Positions 19,375-29,329 are shown, numbered from the stretch's first letter. The stretch is 43,660 bases of DNA from an uncultured Candidatus Saccharibacteria bacterium (GCA_964584225.1 CAZOZG010000003.1:14915-58574), one strand, 5' to 3'. The notes: generated by a model not told the origin, from the letters alone. Translations and numbers: made by a program.

Positions 19375-19401
19375 AAAGGCCAGCGCGAAGCGCCGGCCTT
19401 T
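19375..19401 (-). terminator. Hairpin terminator
   Basis: AAAGGCC.GCGC-GAA-GCGC.GGCCTTT, with a T-rich tail on the minus strand. Confidence 0.55.
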
Positions 19402-19413
19402 GACCAGGACTCT

Positions 19414-19770
19414 CTAGCCGTAGATCTTTTGATCAGATGCGAGTGCGTCAGCAATTGCGGTAGTCTCCGTGAGATCGACTGCCCGAGCGACAACGGCGTC
19501 TTTCTGTTTTGGCCATCGCAAACCCCACGGCGAGTATTTTTCTTCAGCCGATAAACGGCCAAGAAAATCTTTGAATGCCGTCTCGCTTTGGATTGTCCAC
19601 TCGGCTTTTTCAGAGACGGGCTGACCCAAATAGTTAGTTCGGACCAAATCTACAGGATAGCCGTGTTCGCCGCGCGCTTTGATCATCGAAAGAGCTGCTC
19701 CGGCATATCCGGCAACGTATTCGAGTTCGCCAGGCTGTCGCTCGATGGGTTCGAACTTTCTTGAAGGCAT
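19414..19770 (-). CDS. Hypothetical protein
   Basis: AGGAG SD before ATG 19770; terminator downstream. Confidence 0.6.
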   Translation of the reverse strand: MPSRKFEPIERQPGELEYVAGYAGAALSMIKARGEHGYPVDLVRTNYLGQPVSEKAEWTIQSETAFKDFLGRLSAEEKYSPWGLRWPKQKDAVVARAVDLTETTAIADALASDQKIYG

Positions 19771-19804
19771 GACTTTTCTCCTGTACAAAACGACCCCCAA
19801 CCTA

Positions 19805-21460
19805 TCACATTTTTTCCGGTGCCGGAATACCGAGTATCCAGAGTCCGTTTTTCAGCGTACGTGCTACGGCTTCGGCGATGGCAACTTTATTCGCAGCTGC
19901 TGGCGTACCATCGAGAATTTGTTCTTGTGCGTACCAGCTGTTGAATGTCGAGGCGATTTCAAGAAGATATGTCGTCAGTATATGAGGCTCAAGCTCGTCG
20001 GCCGCGCGCTCAACCAGTTCGGGAAAACGATGGAGAAGCCGCGTGAGATCCGAGGGGGCGGCGCTCGCATCCGCTCGCGCCGCGACCCCTTGCTCCTTTG
20101 CTTTCTCAACAACTGCATGCGCCCGCGCGTATGCGTATTGCACATACGGTCCTGAATCTCCTTCGAGCGAGAGTGCGCGACCACGATCAAAAATAATATC
20201 TTTGCTGGAGGCTTGTCGGAGAATTTGATACTTGATTGCTGCGACCGCAACCTGTTGTCCGAGCAACACTTTGTCGTCTGCTCGACTTTCTGCAGCGCGA
20301 ATGTCGGCGGCTTCGGTCAACTCATCCAAGAGCGATTCGCCGGTTATGACATTTCCCTTGCGTGAACTCATTTTCCCTTCGGCGAAACGCATCATGCCGT
20401 GTGCGATATGCTCGAATTGCCCCTTCCATTCTGGATGAATGAGTTCAATGGCTTTGAGAACGACTTTGAAGTAATCCGATTGCTCGTGCGCGGTGACACT
20501 CATCGACGTGTCGAATGTACTTTTTTCTTTTTTGATCTCGGCAAGGCCGAGATCTTTCGCTTCGTACGTCGGCAGCCCTTGTTTGTTAAGAAAAACGCGT
20601 GTGTGAAGTCCAAACTTCTCGGCTTTGAAAACAGTCGCGCCTTCACTTTCTTCGAAGATCTCCGGATGTGCGTTCACCGCCTTTACGCCACGTGGACCCG
20701 TGTCGCTTTCAAAAAAGTAGTAGTCGAACTGTGTGCCGAGAATTTTGTAGAGTTCTTCGAAATGCTCGAGTGTGACCTTCCGCCCTTGATCGTACAAGTC
20801 ATTAATCGCCGGATCTGATTTCTCATACACTTTCTTATTGATCGCATCAATTTCCCCTTTGGACGATTCATTCTCTTCGTAGGCGGCGGCTCCCTCCTGG
20901 TACGCGGTACTGATCTCGCCAACCGATGGATTTTTCAGGCCTTTTTTCATTAACGCCCAGATCGCTTTTGCGACATGCGGGCCGACATCGCCCTGGTAAT
21001 TCGCGCGCAAGACTTTCGCGCCAGAAAATTGCAGAAGCCGAGCGATCGATTCGCCGATTGCATTGCTCATCAAGTGCCCGATGTGGAATTCTTTAAAAGG
21101 ATTTGGGTCGGTGTATTCGACCATGATGGTCTTTCCTTTCCGAGACGCTCCGCTTCCCCACATGTCCTCGGCGCGCGCTTGTTCAACGCTCGCTGCGACA
21201 GCTGACGCTGCCAGATAGAAATTGATAAATCCCGCGCCTGCGATTTCGGTTTTTTCGACGCCATCAACCTTGCCAAGCCCAGCGACAATCTTCTCCGCAA
21301 ACTCCCGCGGTTGCAGACCGAGTTGTTTGGCAAACTTCAGCGCTACCCCCGACGAATAGTCGCCATTCTTCAAATCTCCTGGGTGTTCAACGAGTGCGTC
21401 CCCATCGACGCCAAGGCTGCGGAGTGCTTTTGAAAGGCTGGCCTCGAGAGCGGCTTTCAT
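19805..21460 (-). CDS. argS: Arginine-tRNA ligase
   Basis: GDYSS.VA, GAGFINF, PNPFKEFHIGH, KMSSRKG, GDSGPYVQYAYAR, LGIPAPEKM. Confidence 0.97.
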   Translation of the reverse strand: MKAALEASLSKALRSLGVDGDALVEHPGDLKNGDYSSGVALKFAKQLGLQPREFAEKIVAGLGKVDGVEKTEIAGAGFINFYLAASAVAASVEQARAEDMWGSGASRKGKTIMVEYTDPNPFKEFHIGHLMSNAIGESIARLLQFSGAKVLRANYQGDVGPHVAKAIWALMKKGLKNPSVGEISTAYQEGAAAYEENESSKGEIDAINKKVYEKSDPAINDLYDQGRKVTLEHFEELYKILGTQFDYYFFESDTGPRGVKAVNAHPEIFEESEGATVFKAEKFGLHTRVFLNKQGLPTYEAKDLGLAEIKKEKSTFDTSMSVTAHEQSDYFKVVLKAIELIHPEWKGQFEHIAHGMMRFAEGKMSSRKGNVITGESLLDELTEAADIRAAESRADDKVLLGQQVAVAAIKYQILRQASSKDIIFDRGRALSLEGDSGPYVQYAYARAHAVVEKAKEQGVAARADASAAPSDLTRLLHRFPELVERAADELEPHILTTYLLEIASTFNSWYAQEQILDGTPAAANKVAIAEAVARTLKNGLWILGIPAPEKM

Positions 21461-21477
21461 ACCGGGATTCTAACAGA

Positions 21478-21501
21478 AAAGGGCCGCGCGAGCGGCCCTT
21501 T
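21478..21501 (-). terminator. Hairpin terminator
   Basis: AAAGGGCCGC-GCGA-GCGGCCCTTT. Confidence 0.6.
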
Positions 21502-21517
21502 CGATTTGTTACCGAGC

Positions 21518-21859
21518 TTAGTCGTTCAACCAAGCAACAGCGATACACTTTTGGTTGAGGAGACCTTTTCGGAAGTGATACACCTGGAAGCTCGGCCCGA
21601 GCTCGTTGTAGAGATCGCGCCGATAGTCTTCGTCGGTGATGCAATTGCTGTACGAATAGTTGTCGACGCTCATCTTGCCTGTATCGATCGCGGCGACAAT
21701 CTGCGGTATCCAAAATCGCATCAGGTCGTGATCGACAACCCGCAGGATCTTTCGCACTTTGAGGCGCTCGGCAAGCAAACACATGCTGCGATGCGCTTCA
21801 TTTTTGAAGTTGGTTATCGGCACGTCTTCTTGTGCCGACCTGAAAACGGCATCGGTCAT
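21518..21859 (-). CDS. Hypothetical protein
   Basis: GGGAGAG SD; fills the gap; terminator downstream. Confidence 0.55.
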   Translation of the reverse strand: MTDAVFRSAQEDVPITNFKNEAHRSMCLLAERLKVRKILRVVDHDLMRFWIPQIVAAIDTGKMSVDNYSYSNCITDEDYRRDLYNELGPSFQVYHFRKGLLNQKCIAVAWLND

Positions 21860-21957
21860 GCTGCTCTCCCATGTGACTGCGGAGAGCCTATACGCTTTAG
21901 AGAAAAATTACAACTCCGCGTCGATGCCCATCGAGCGCGCGGTACCGGCGATACGTC

Positions 21958-22731
21958 TTATGCCGTACTCGCGCTTGGCAAGCGATCCCACAGTTCCTGC
22001 CACGCCACACGTACGGCAGCCGCGATTCCTGGATCTTCTATGACAACGCCAAACGGATTTTTCTTATCAAAACCAAAAAACGCAACCTTACTTCCAAACA
22101 CATTGATTTCCGTCCCAAATTCCTCCGAATCAATGAAACGGGACTCGCGAGCGAGTCGCACATTGTTCTCGGAAGTAAATTGACGTGCGAATGGCGTATC
22201 GCGGTCGATACACCGTGCGGGAATTTTCTTTTCAGCGCGTTCTACAGGATAACTTTTGAAAAAAGTGCCAGGCAAAATATCTTTTGTACGATCAAGATCT
22301 TCCCATGCGTAAATGGTCTGCTTGTCTCTAAGCGCCATTCGATAGATTGCTTTAATACCCTCGATGCCATCGTAGTAGGAAACTTTCGGTTTATGCTTGG
22401 CATTGTTCTGCATTGCGAGCAACTGGGGGATGAGCTGCTCGACAGATGAGACTTTTGATTTCTGTAACTCGACCAATTGATACGGACTCGCGGCCGAGAA
22501 CAACCTACGCTTCCCCTTTGTGACCTCGGTTAGAAGACCTTGAGATTTGAGATCTTCGAGAAGATGATAAATGCTCGTGCGCTTAACCCCCGACTTCCTA
22601 GAAATCTCCTGAATATGCCCCTCACCGAGCTCCAGCGTAGCCAAATAGATCGCAGTTTCTGTCTCCGAGAGCCCTAGGCTCTTGAGCATCTTTTGGTCCT
22701 CCTCCTGTAAAAACGACCTGTTTTTGGTCAT
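21958..22731 (-). CDS. TrmB-family transcriptional regulator, second paralogue (alternative start ATG 22689 with GGAGGAGG)
   Basis: LKSLGLSETETAIYLATLELG...ISRKSGVKRTSIY; PKVSYYDGIEGI; IED..IA. Confidence 0.88.
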   Translation of the reverse strand: MTKNRSFLQEEDQKMLKSLGLSETETAIYLATLELGEGHIQEISRKSGVKRTSIYHLLEDLKSQGLLTEVTKGKRRLFSAASPYQLVELQKSKVSSVEQLIPQLLAMQNNAKHKPKVSYYDGIEGIKAIYRMALRDKQTIYAWEDLDRTKDILPGTFFKSYPVERAEKKIPARCIDRDTPFARQFTSENNVRLARESRFIDSEEFGTEINVFGSKVAFFGFDKKNPFGVVIEDPGIAAAVRVAWQELWDRLPSASTA

Positions 22732-22895
22732 AATTGTATGCTGTTATAGAGTACCTTATTATATGCATATTTTAAGGATATTGTCAAGATATTCTAATCA
22801 ATACGACCGATTCTTTAACATATTCCAATAAATAAGGCAACATGTTGGCAGTCCTGGCAAGCATTTTGCTGCTAGAGATAAAGAGGAAAAAGCAC

Positions 22896-23099
22896 ATGAC
22901 CAGCAACATGAAGATCGGAGCCGTCGTTTTCGCAGTGCAACTGATCGTAAGTACGGTGATCACGACCACGTTTCTGCGATATCACGATTCTCACCGCGTT
23001 CCCCCACCGAAATCAGCCTGGGTGCTGTTGCAAGAACGGTGTGGAGTCCCCGCCAATATCGACGCGTTCGCCATTTGTGCGGCGCGAAAAGGAACGTAA
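22896..23099 (+). CDS. Small hypothetical protein with one TM segment
   Basis: GAGG SD; hydrophobic N-terminus; divergent from the TrmB-like gene. Confidence 0.55.
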   Translation: MTSNMKIGAVVFAVQLIVSTVITTTFLRYHDSHRVPPPKSAWVLLQERCGVPANIDAFAICAARKGT

Positions 23100-23102
23100 C
23101 CA

Positions 23103-23381
23103 ATGATCAAGTTCCAACTTGTCGTTGAAAATCCCAGTGGCGGAGACGTTGCATCACGGAACTTCGAATGGCCCGCGCTGCCTCGCAAGGGTGAAGAAAT
23201 CGATATCTGTGAAACGAACACCAAAAGCGCCGGAGGCGTTCCGGTCGTCGTCAAGAAAGTGCAGCATTGGTTCGGCTGCGGCGATATCGACGTGCACGTG
23301 AAAATCGTCTGGGGTAACAAGGAGAGGGACCGACACTCCTTCAAGAACCTGCTCACGGACTACTCATTCAATAGTCCGTAG
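23103..23381 (+). CDS. Small hypothetical protein
   Basis: Starts 3 nt after the previous stop; PALPRKGEEI..VVVKKVQH beta-rich pattern. Confidence 0.6.
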   Translation: MIKFQLVVENPSGGDVASRNFEWPALPRKGEEIDICETNTKSAGGVPVVVKKVQHWFGCGDIDVHVKIVWGNKERDRHSFKNLLTDYSFNSP

Positions 23382-23395
23382 TTGTGTATAAAATC

Positions 23396-23426
23396 AAAAC
23401 GGTGGGACATTTCGTCCTGCCGTTTT
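23396..23426. terminator. Bidirectional terminator between convergent genes, directly after rplK
   Basis: AAAACGGTGGGAC-ATTTC-GTCCTGCCGTTTT. Confidence 0.65.
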
Positions 23427-23447
23427 CTCTTTTTACGTTTTTATTAT

Positions 23448-23870
23448 TTAGAGTTCCGAGTCGATCCCCATCGAACGAGCAGTACCGGCGATGATCTTCT
23501 TCGCCTGCTCCAAGTCGTTTGCGTTCAAATCTTCCATCTTCTCTTCAGCAATTTCCTTCACCTGCTGCTTTGAGAGCTTCGCGATCTTGTTTTGTGGTTT
23601 CTGTGAGCCTTTTTCGATATTGAGTTTCTTCAAGATGAGGCGCGAGGCTGGCGGCTTTTTGACGATGAAGGTAAATGAACGATCCTTGTAGACTGTCATG
23701 AGGACAGGTACGACGTTCCCGATCATTGGGCGCGTCAGAGTGTTGAACTGGTTGACGAATTCGCCGATGTTGACGCCCGCAGGACCAAGCGCTGTGCCGA
23801 CAGGCGGCGCAGGCGTGGCCTTACCAGCTTCAAGCTGCAACTTAATGATTTTTGTGATTTCTTTTGCCAT
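23448..23870 (-). CDS. rplK: 50S ribosomal protein uL11
   Basis: [24 protein letters not shown]. Confidence 0.98.
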   Translation of the reverse strand: MAKEITKIIKLQLEAGKATPAPPVGTALGPAGVNIGEFVNQFNTLTRPMIGNVVPVLMTVYKDRSFTFIVKKPPASRLILKKLNIEKGSQKPQNKIAKLSKQQVKEIAEEKMEDLNANDLEQAKKIIAGTARSMGIDSEL

Positions 23871-23887
23871 ACAATTGTTTCTTTCCT

Positions 23888-24433
23888 TTAGACTCGCTGA
23901 ACCTGGTCGGCTTCGAGCTCCACCGGAGTCTCGCGACCGAACATCGGAACCAATACTTTAACTTTTCCGCGCTCTTCGTCAATCTCACCTACTTTGCCGT
24001 CCAAATCTTTGAACGGACCATCGATGATGATAACTGCGTCACCTTCAGCAAGATCGATCGCGTGGCGGACGGTGTCGCCAGCGGCGCGCTTCAGAATTTT
24101 GTCGACTTCTTCTTGCGCGAGGGGCACAGCTTGATTCGCGGTGCCGACGAAACCGGTAACCTGGGGCGTGTTGCGCACAACCGACCATGCGTCGTCTGTC
24201 GCGATCATGTCGACGAGGACGTAGCCGGGAAATACTTTCTCCTTGGTCTCCGTCTTGCGGCCGTTTTTGATCTTGATTTTCTTTTCAGTCGGAACGACGA
24301 CATTGAAAATCTTGTCCTTCATGCCAAAAGATTCGATGCGCTGCTTGAGATTTCGCGCGACCGCGTCTTCGTAGCCGGAATACGTGTGAACTGCGTACCA
24401 CTGTCTCTCTGCGCCGTACGTTTGTCGTGCCAT
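23888..24433 (-). CDS. nusG: Transcription factor NusG
   Basis: [38 protein letters not shown]. Confidence 0.98.
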   Translation of the reverse strand: MARQTYGAERQWYAVHTYSGYEDAVARNLKQRIESFGMKDKIFNVVVPTEKKIKIKNGRKTETKEKVFPGYVLVDMIATDDAWSVVRNTPQVTGFVGTANQAVPLAQEEVDKILKRAAGDTVRHAIDLAEGDAVIIIDGPFKDLDGKVGEIDEERGKVKVLVPMFGRETPVELEADQVQRV

Positions 24434-24434
24434 A

Positions 24435-24737
24435 TTATTGCGTCTTCGTCGTCGAAGCGAGTGAGTTGGTAATTGTCGGCGTCGTGATTGGTGTCTGCGT
24501 GACCGGTGCGCTCGTCGAAGCCGCTACGGCAGGTGTCTGCGAGTCAGGTAAAAATACGAGTGTACGTGAAAGCGTCGTCGTGAAAAGAAAGTCGAAAAAG
24601 CCGAGGTAGAGTGCGACACCGACGGAAATGCCGATGACGAGCGCCGTGTAGACGATTGTCTGGACGCGCGTCGGCCACGCGACGTGATGCAACTCCGAGC
24701 GCGTGTCTTTCAAATATTGTGTGAATCCGTTTGCCAT
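24435..24737 (-). CDS. secE: Preprotein translocase subunit SecE with a Thr-rich tail
   Basis: ELHHVAWPTR plus TM; secE-nusG synteny. Confidence 0.93.
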   Translation of the reverse strand: MANGFTQYLKDTRSELHHVAWPTRVQTIVYTALVIGISVGVALYLGFFDFLFTTTLSRTLVFLPDSQTPAVAASTSAPVTQTPITTPTITNSLASTTKTQ

Positions 24738-24780
24738 ATTTTAGTCATTTTAAAACCGCCTTCCGGCGGTCAATAAAGGA

Positions 24781-24808
24781 ATGCTACCCGTCAGCAAGGA
24801 AAAGTCAA
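24781..24808 (-). promoter_or_regulatory. Sigma70 promoter of secE-nusG-rplK
   Basis: TTGACT, 16 nt, TAGCAT on the minus strand. Confidence 0.55.
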
Positions 24809-24848
24809 GCGGCCCCGTCCGTAGGCGGGGCCGCAGTCTACGTGCCAA

Positions 24849-25694
24849 TCAGCGGATTTCGTAGGTGACGTTCACGTCTGAGGTGATCTGGTTTTGGCCG
24901 GTCGCGATCTCAGGTGCGGGCGCCGCCATGTCTTTCGCACTCGCTCCGGCACTCATCGTCGCGTAAATCGCATACGGGCGGTTGCTGTTTTCATTGAAGC
25001 CGACGACCCGGATGAGCGTCACGCCCAACTGTTTGGCGAGGGCCTCGGCTTTGGTGCGGGCATCGTCGATTGCTTTGCCTCGCGCGTCGGCCTCGAGTGC
25101 TGTTTCGTCGTCGATCGTGAACGAAAGCCCACTTACTTGGAACGCACCGAGCGTGCCCACTTTCGAAAGGATGCCACCAGCTTTACTGGTGTCGCGCACT
25201 TTCACAGTGAATGTCTCGGAAACGGTGTAGCCGTCGAGCGTCTGTTTCCCGGGCGGGCAGTAGACGGGCGTTGCGATGTTGCCGCTGTTGTAAATCGCCG
25301 GCTGCGGGCACACCGCCTGCTGGTAGGTGTATTTCGGATTGACGCTGTAGTCGGTCGTCTGAATATCTTTTTGATCAATGCCGGCGCCTTTCAGATAGTC
25401 GATGATGGCATTGCCGTCTTTCGTCGCGGCAGCTTGCGCCGTCGCGACATCCTTTCCTTCCTCTTGCACTGAAACGGTGAAAGTCGCCGTGTCGGGGACT
25501 GCGAAAACTTTCCCCTCGCCGGATACGTTGATCGTATTTGTAGCGGTAACCCCGCTGCCGATGTATTGGTTGCTCTTGAGTTCATTCAACGTCAGCACGA
25601 CGAGGAAGAGCGCGAGCGCGCCAAGCGCGATCGGCGCCATGGTCCGCGGCCAGTAGGTAGCTTTGATAATACTCTGCACTGATTGGTCATCCAT
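24849..25694 (-). CDS. SIMPL (DUF541) family protein
   Basis: TINVSGEGKV.AVPD, IQTTDYSVNP.Y, AIDDARTKAE.LA; hairpin 24809-24834 downstream. Confidence 0.92.
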   Translation of the reverse strand: MDDQSVQSIIKATYWPRTMAPIALGALALFLVVLTLNELKSNQYIGSGVTATNTINVSGEGKVFAVPDTATFTVSVQEEGKDVATAQAAATKDGNAIIDYLKGAGIDQKDIQTTDYSVNPKYTYQQAVCPQPAIYNSGNIATPVYCPPGKQTLDGYTVSETFTVKVRDTSKAGGILSKVGTLGAFQVSGLSFTIDDETALEADARGKAIDDARTKAEALAKQLGVTLIRVVGFNENSNRPYAIYATMSAGASAKDMAAPAPEIATGQNQITSDVNVTYEIR

Positions 25695-25758
25695 ATGAAA
25701 ATTATGTTAACCCCTTTCTACTAGTATAACACTAGACGCTGATCGTCTCGGATTCTTA

Positions 25759-25965
25759 CTAAAATGCGCCGAGATTGCTGATCTGACTGTATGTCGAGAG
25801 AAACGACGGGATTGCAAACACAAGGCCGATAAGGGGCAACACCACGAGCGCAACCGTGATGATTGCAGTCCACTGCATATAGAGTTTTGTTTTGTTGGCA
25901 GCTTGATACGCAGCTTCGACTTTCTGCTCAATCGCGTCGAGTCGAGCTTTGAGCTCTGGGTCCAT
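25759..25965 (-). CDS. Small membrane protein (coiled coil plus TM)
   Basis: TACAAT 6 nt before ATG; hydrophobic C-terminal half. Confidence 0.7.
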   Translation of the reverse strand: MDPELKARLDAIEQKVEAAYQAANKTKLYMQWTAIITVALVVLPLIGLVFAIPSFLSTYSQISNLGAF

Positions 25966-25969
25966 GCGC

Positions 25970-26473
25970 CTATTGTACCAAGGGTTTCAAGCCGCTCGAT
26001 TGCATGCGCCGATACTCGTGGTAGATGAGCCAGATGAGAGCAAGATCGAAAATCGTGAGAAGGAGGAGCGGGATTGAGTGCGTCCGCAAAAACGTGAGGC
26101 TTTGGTAGACGACAAAAAGCATCAAGACCGCGAGTGATGCGGGGTATGCCCATACTTTTCGGCGCAAAAGGCCGACGACGAGCACGATTTTGATGAGACC
26201 GTGCGAGAGCAGGTAGAGCGCACTATAGAACTCTGCCTGCGGCGTGATTTTCTCGGCAAGCGGCAGGAGGTGAGCCGCGAGAAAATCGTTTGGATCTTCA
26301 ACCAGCTCGTTTTGAACGAGCGTCTGGACGATGTCGCCGATGTTGAAGAAAAAAAGTGCGAAGCCGAGCGCGATTTCGAGTAGAGCATTCGCGCCTTTAA
26401 GGACAACACCCACTTCAAATACGCGGTAAATATTGGCCTCACGCTTTTGTTGTCTTTCAGCCGGAACCATCAT
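25970..26473 (-). CDS. DUF2127 family membrane protein
   Basis: LKGANALLEI, YLLSHGLIK, WAYP, TIFDL. Confidence 0.8.
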   Translation of the reverse strand: MMVPAERQQKREANIYRVFEVGVVLKGANALLEIALGFALFFFNIGDIVQTLVQNELVEDPNDFLAAHLLPLAEKITPQAEFYSALYLLSHGLIKIVLVVGLLRRKVWAYPASLAVLMLFVVYQSLTFLRTHSIPLLLLTIFDLALIWLIYHEYRRMQSSGLKPLVQ

Positions 26474-27108
26474 AGTGTGGCGAGTCCCTCGTGAAAAAGC
26501 GCGTGGGCGCGCTTGAAAAAGAAGCGTGAAAGCTCATAGATGGTGAACGTAATGAAATACGCGGAGAGCACATCTATAGAATAGTGCAGATGTCCGAGGA
26601 GAACAATGATCGCAAAGAAGATTGACCACGCGAGGAAGAAATAGCGCAACCGGAGGTGTTGCCAAAAGATCAGCGCCAAAAGAAACGGCGCGCCCGTATG
26701 ACCGGAGAAAAACATGTCTCCGCCGGCGATAATTTTTCCGAGCGCCTGCCCGACATCGAGCGTTGCGTGCTCAGGGAACGGTGCAATATGTGTGAGCGAG
26801 ACGAAGACTGAGCGAATGAGATAGAAGAATCCGAGACTCGAAACGATGAACGGCGTCCACTCAAGTCGCCACAGGCAGATCGCCAGCACAGAGAACAAAA
26901 GAACAAATGTCCCCCACAAAAAAAGTCCGTCGACTTGGAAAACAGGAATGTTCGAGAGGATAATGTCGGTGACGTAATTGCTTTCGTGATCAGTCGCGTA
27001 GATTCCGGTGGAGAAAGCCGCGATGACGCCCGCCGCGAAAAACGCAAGCGAAAAAGCCGAGAGTGCGAGAAATTTTCGATTCGCGAGGAGCGTCCAAGCC
27101 GAAGCCAT
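26470..27108 (-). CDS. PAP2-superfamily membrane phosphotransferase (sphingomyelin/IPC synthase-like)
   Basis: DMFFSGHT and HYSIDV catalytic motifs; multiple TMs. Confidence 0.82.
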   Translation of the reverse strand: MASAWTLLANRKFLALSAFSLAFFAAGVIAAFSTGIYATDHESNYVTDIILSNIPVFQVDGLFLWGTFVLLFSVLAICLWRLEWTPFIVSSLGFFYLIRSVFVSLTHIAPFPEHATLDVGQALGKIIAGGDMFFSGHTGAPFLLALIFWQHLRLRYFFLAWSIFFAIIVLLGHLHYSIDVLSAYFITFTIYELSRFFFKRAHALFHEGLATL

Positions 27109-27128
27109 AGAGAGAGTATACTATTCTG
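27109..27128. promoter_or_regulatory. Symmetric bidirectional -10 element for two divergent leaderless genes
   Basis: AGTATACT palindrome at 27115-27122 gives TATACT on both strands, each 6 nt from an ATG. Confidence 0.7.
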
Positions 27129-27740
27129 ATGGATTTAGGGGCCAACTCGACGCAGCTCCTCATCGAGTATCGCTATTGGATTTTGATTCCACTGTCGCTT
27201 TTAGAAGGGCCGATCGTCGCATTCGCTGCTGGTACACTCGCCGCCGCAGGTTATTTCAATCCCTACGTGCTTGAAGTGCTCTTTATCTGCCGCGATCTTC
27301 TCACAGACCTCTTCTACTACTACGTCGGCATGTTTGCCCGCACGACGAGAATCGTGCAGTGGTTTCTCAAAAAAATCGGGGTCACGGCCGAGCACCTCGG
27401 GAAAGCGCAGGCATTGTGGGAACATCGGCCATTCAGCACGATGTTCCTCGGAAAACTTTCCTACGGCGTCGCGCCGAGCTTTTTTATCGTCGCGGGGATG
27501 GTGAAGATGTCGCTCAAGAAGTTTATCGGCTACAACGCATCGATCGCGTCGGTACAATACGGAATCTGCCTCATACTTGGCTACGAATTCGGCGCGGTTT
27601 TGGGCGCGTCGTTCGTTGCTCTTCTTGATAAAATTCAAATCGTCATTGGCGCCTTAGTTATCGCCTTTGCTGTCGCGTACGTCATCCGCCACTACGGAAG
27701 GAAACTTTTGTTGCGAGAAGAGTCAAAGCAATCAGACTGA
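27129..27740 (+). CDS. DedA family membrane protein
   Basis: LLEGPIV..AAG.LAA.G, DLFYYYVG, GKLSYG..P..IVAGM.KM..KKF..YN. Confidence 0.88.
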   Translation: MDLGANSTQLLIEYRYWILIPLSLLEGPIVAFAAGTLAAAGYFNPYVLEVLFICRDLLTDLFYYYVGMFARTTRIVQWFLKKIGVTAEHLGKAQALWEHRPFSTMFLGKLSYGVAPSFFIVAGMVKMSLKKFIGYNASIASVQYGICLILGYEFGAVLGASFVALLDKIQIVIGALVIAFAVAYVIRHYGRKLLLREESKQSD

Positions 27741-27741
27741 G

Positions 27742-28479
27742 TCAACTGCCTTTCGCGCGCGCCCAGTTTTGCGAATAGGATTTTTTGAATACGACAATCC
27801 AGATGCCGTTCAGAGTCCATTGCCAGAGTAGTTTCGGCCAGCCCATTACATGCGCGCGTCGGCCACTGAAGTAGACGCGGAGCGTCGAATCCAAAAGTGT
27901 GCGACCGACTTTTGAAAGTCGCATAAAAAGATCCGCGTCTTCAGATGCGATCAGGTGTTCATTGATACCGCCGACCTGTTTATACGCAGTCGTGCGCACG
28001 ATCATGCACTTGCCGTGTGTCAGGCCCCAATGCAAGACGTTGTTGGCAAAACGAAAGTACGCGTCGAAACACGAAAGCACGAATCGATCGGCGCGCGTTT
28101 CTGCCGTCGGCTCGACGCGCATGCTGACGGTCATTGCGACAAGTTTTTGATTTGATTCGAAATGCTGGATGATTGCCGGGAAAAAAGTGTGTGGGTCGCG
28201 AAGCCACACATCGCTATCGAGGAACATCAGGATATCGCCGCGCGCAATCGCGGCGCCGCGATTGCGCGCGGCGCCGATCGTCTTCGGTTGCTGCCCCGCA
28301 TAGCGAACGACAAAGTCGGCGACTCCCGCCGCGACGTCGGCCGTCTTATCCGTGCTCCCGTCATCCGAAAGAATTATTTCCACTTCTACTCCAGCTGCCC
28401 GCGCGCCTTCGCGCAGCCGCCTCAGCGTTTCCCCGATCACGCCCTCTTCGTTGTGCGCCGGAATCACTATAGAAATCAC
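27742..28479 (-). CDS. Family 2 glycosyltransferase
   Basis: ISIVIPAHNEE, DDGSTD, ARNRGA, FLDSD, GGINE..SED; GTG start 6 nt after TATGCT. Confidence 0.92.
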   Translation of the reverse strand: MISIVIPAHNEEGVIGETLRRLREGARAAGVEVEIILSDDGSTDKTADVAAGVADFVVRYAGQQPKTIGAARNRGAAIARGDILMFLDSDVWLRDPHTFFPAIIQHFESNQKLVAMTVSMRVEPTAETRADRFVLSCFDAYFRFANNVLHWGLTHGKCMIVRTTAYKQVGGINEHLIASEDADLFMRLSKVGRTLLDSTLRVYFSGRRAHVMGWPKLLWQWTLNGIWIVVFKKSYSQNWARAKGS

Positions 28480-28515
28480 CCTCAAAGCATAGCATTCGTC
28501 CGGTATACTTCCCGT

Positions 28516-29325
28516 ATGGGACTCGAACGCGGAAAGAGCTCACTGCAGATGCGCTTTGCAGTTGATCGTAATGTCAATAAATTTATCGAGCATACTGATA
28601 TCGAAGGCAAGGAACATTTGGAAGAGATCCCCAAGGACAAACACATAATTGTCGCGACATCGCACCTCTCTGATTTGGATATTCCACTCGTCATACAGTC
28701 GCTCGGCAAAGATCTCAACCTCGCGATCTCGAACGCGTCCACACAACACGATTTTAAAAGAAATTTTCAAGAGACTCTCGGTGTCGTGTTAGCAGGCAAA
28801 AGCAATTTCTTGCCCATCGATTTCGCGGAGACGGGCGAGAAAAACGTCCCGCTACCGTTCAATCCTGAAAATTATACCCCGATGGCAGAGGCTATGGACG
28901 AAGGGAAAGCAGTGCTCGTCGCCGCCCACAACCCGACCGAGGGTGAGCTAGGACGCCCCGGATACGGTGCAGTCTATCTTTCACAAATAAGCGGTGCTGT
29001 GATTTTACCTGTGGCCGTCAATATTCCAGGACCCGCAATTATGATGCGGAAGAAGGAGACGTTGCGAAAATCGGACGCAACTGTCATCGTCGGAAAACCA
29101 ATCGAGCTGCCACACATCGAAGGTATCGAGGAATTCAACGCGTTGCTAGAAAAAAGGCGCTCGAACGAGGAAGTAACAGACGCAGATATCGAGCGCTTCA
29201 AGGAGCTTTCAAACAAGCTTCGCGAACAATCGGATATGCTCATGCGAATATTGGCCACGATGTTGCCTGATGAAAAGCGAGGCGCGTATGGAACACAACA
29301 TTTGGAAAATTCGACCGACCAATAA
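28516..29325 (+). CDS. Lysophospholipid (PlsC-like) acyltransferase
   Basis: IEGKEHL, SHLSDLD (HX4D), GAVYLS..SGAVILPVAV, VGKPI. Confidence 0.82.
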   Translation: MGLERGKSSLQMRFAVDRNVNKFIEHTDIEGKEHLEEIPKDKHIIVATSHLSDLDIPLVIQSLGKDLNLAISNASTQHDFKRNFQETLGVVLAGKSNFLPIDFAETGEKNVPLPFNPENYTPMAEAMDEGKAVLVAAHNPTEGELGRPGYGAVYLSQISGAVILPVAVNIPGPAIMMRKKETLRKSDATVIVGKPIELPHIEGIEEFNALLEKRRSNEEVTDADIERFKELSNKLREQSDMLMRILATMLPDEKRGAYGTQHLENSTDQ

Positions 29326-29329
29326 GGAA

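Noticed and set aside
10022-21460. T-box riboswitches before the four aminoacyl-tRNA synthetase genes
   Set aside because: Leaders are absent or only a few nt long, and no T-box consensus was seen.
28162-28515. Long N-terminal extension of the acyltransferase ORF
   Set aside because: It overlaps the GT2 gene antisense; ATG 28516 has TATACT 6 nt upstream.
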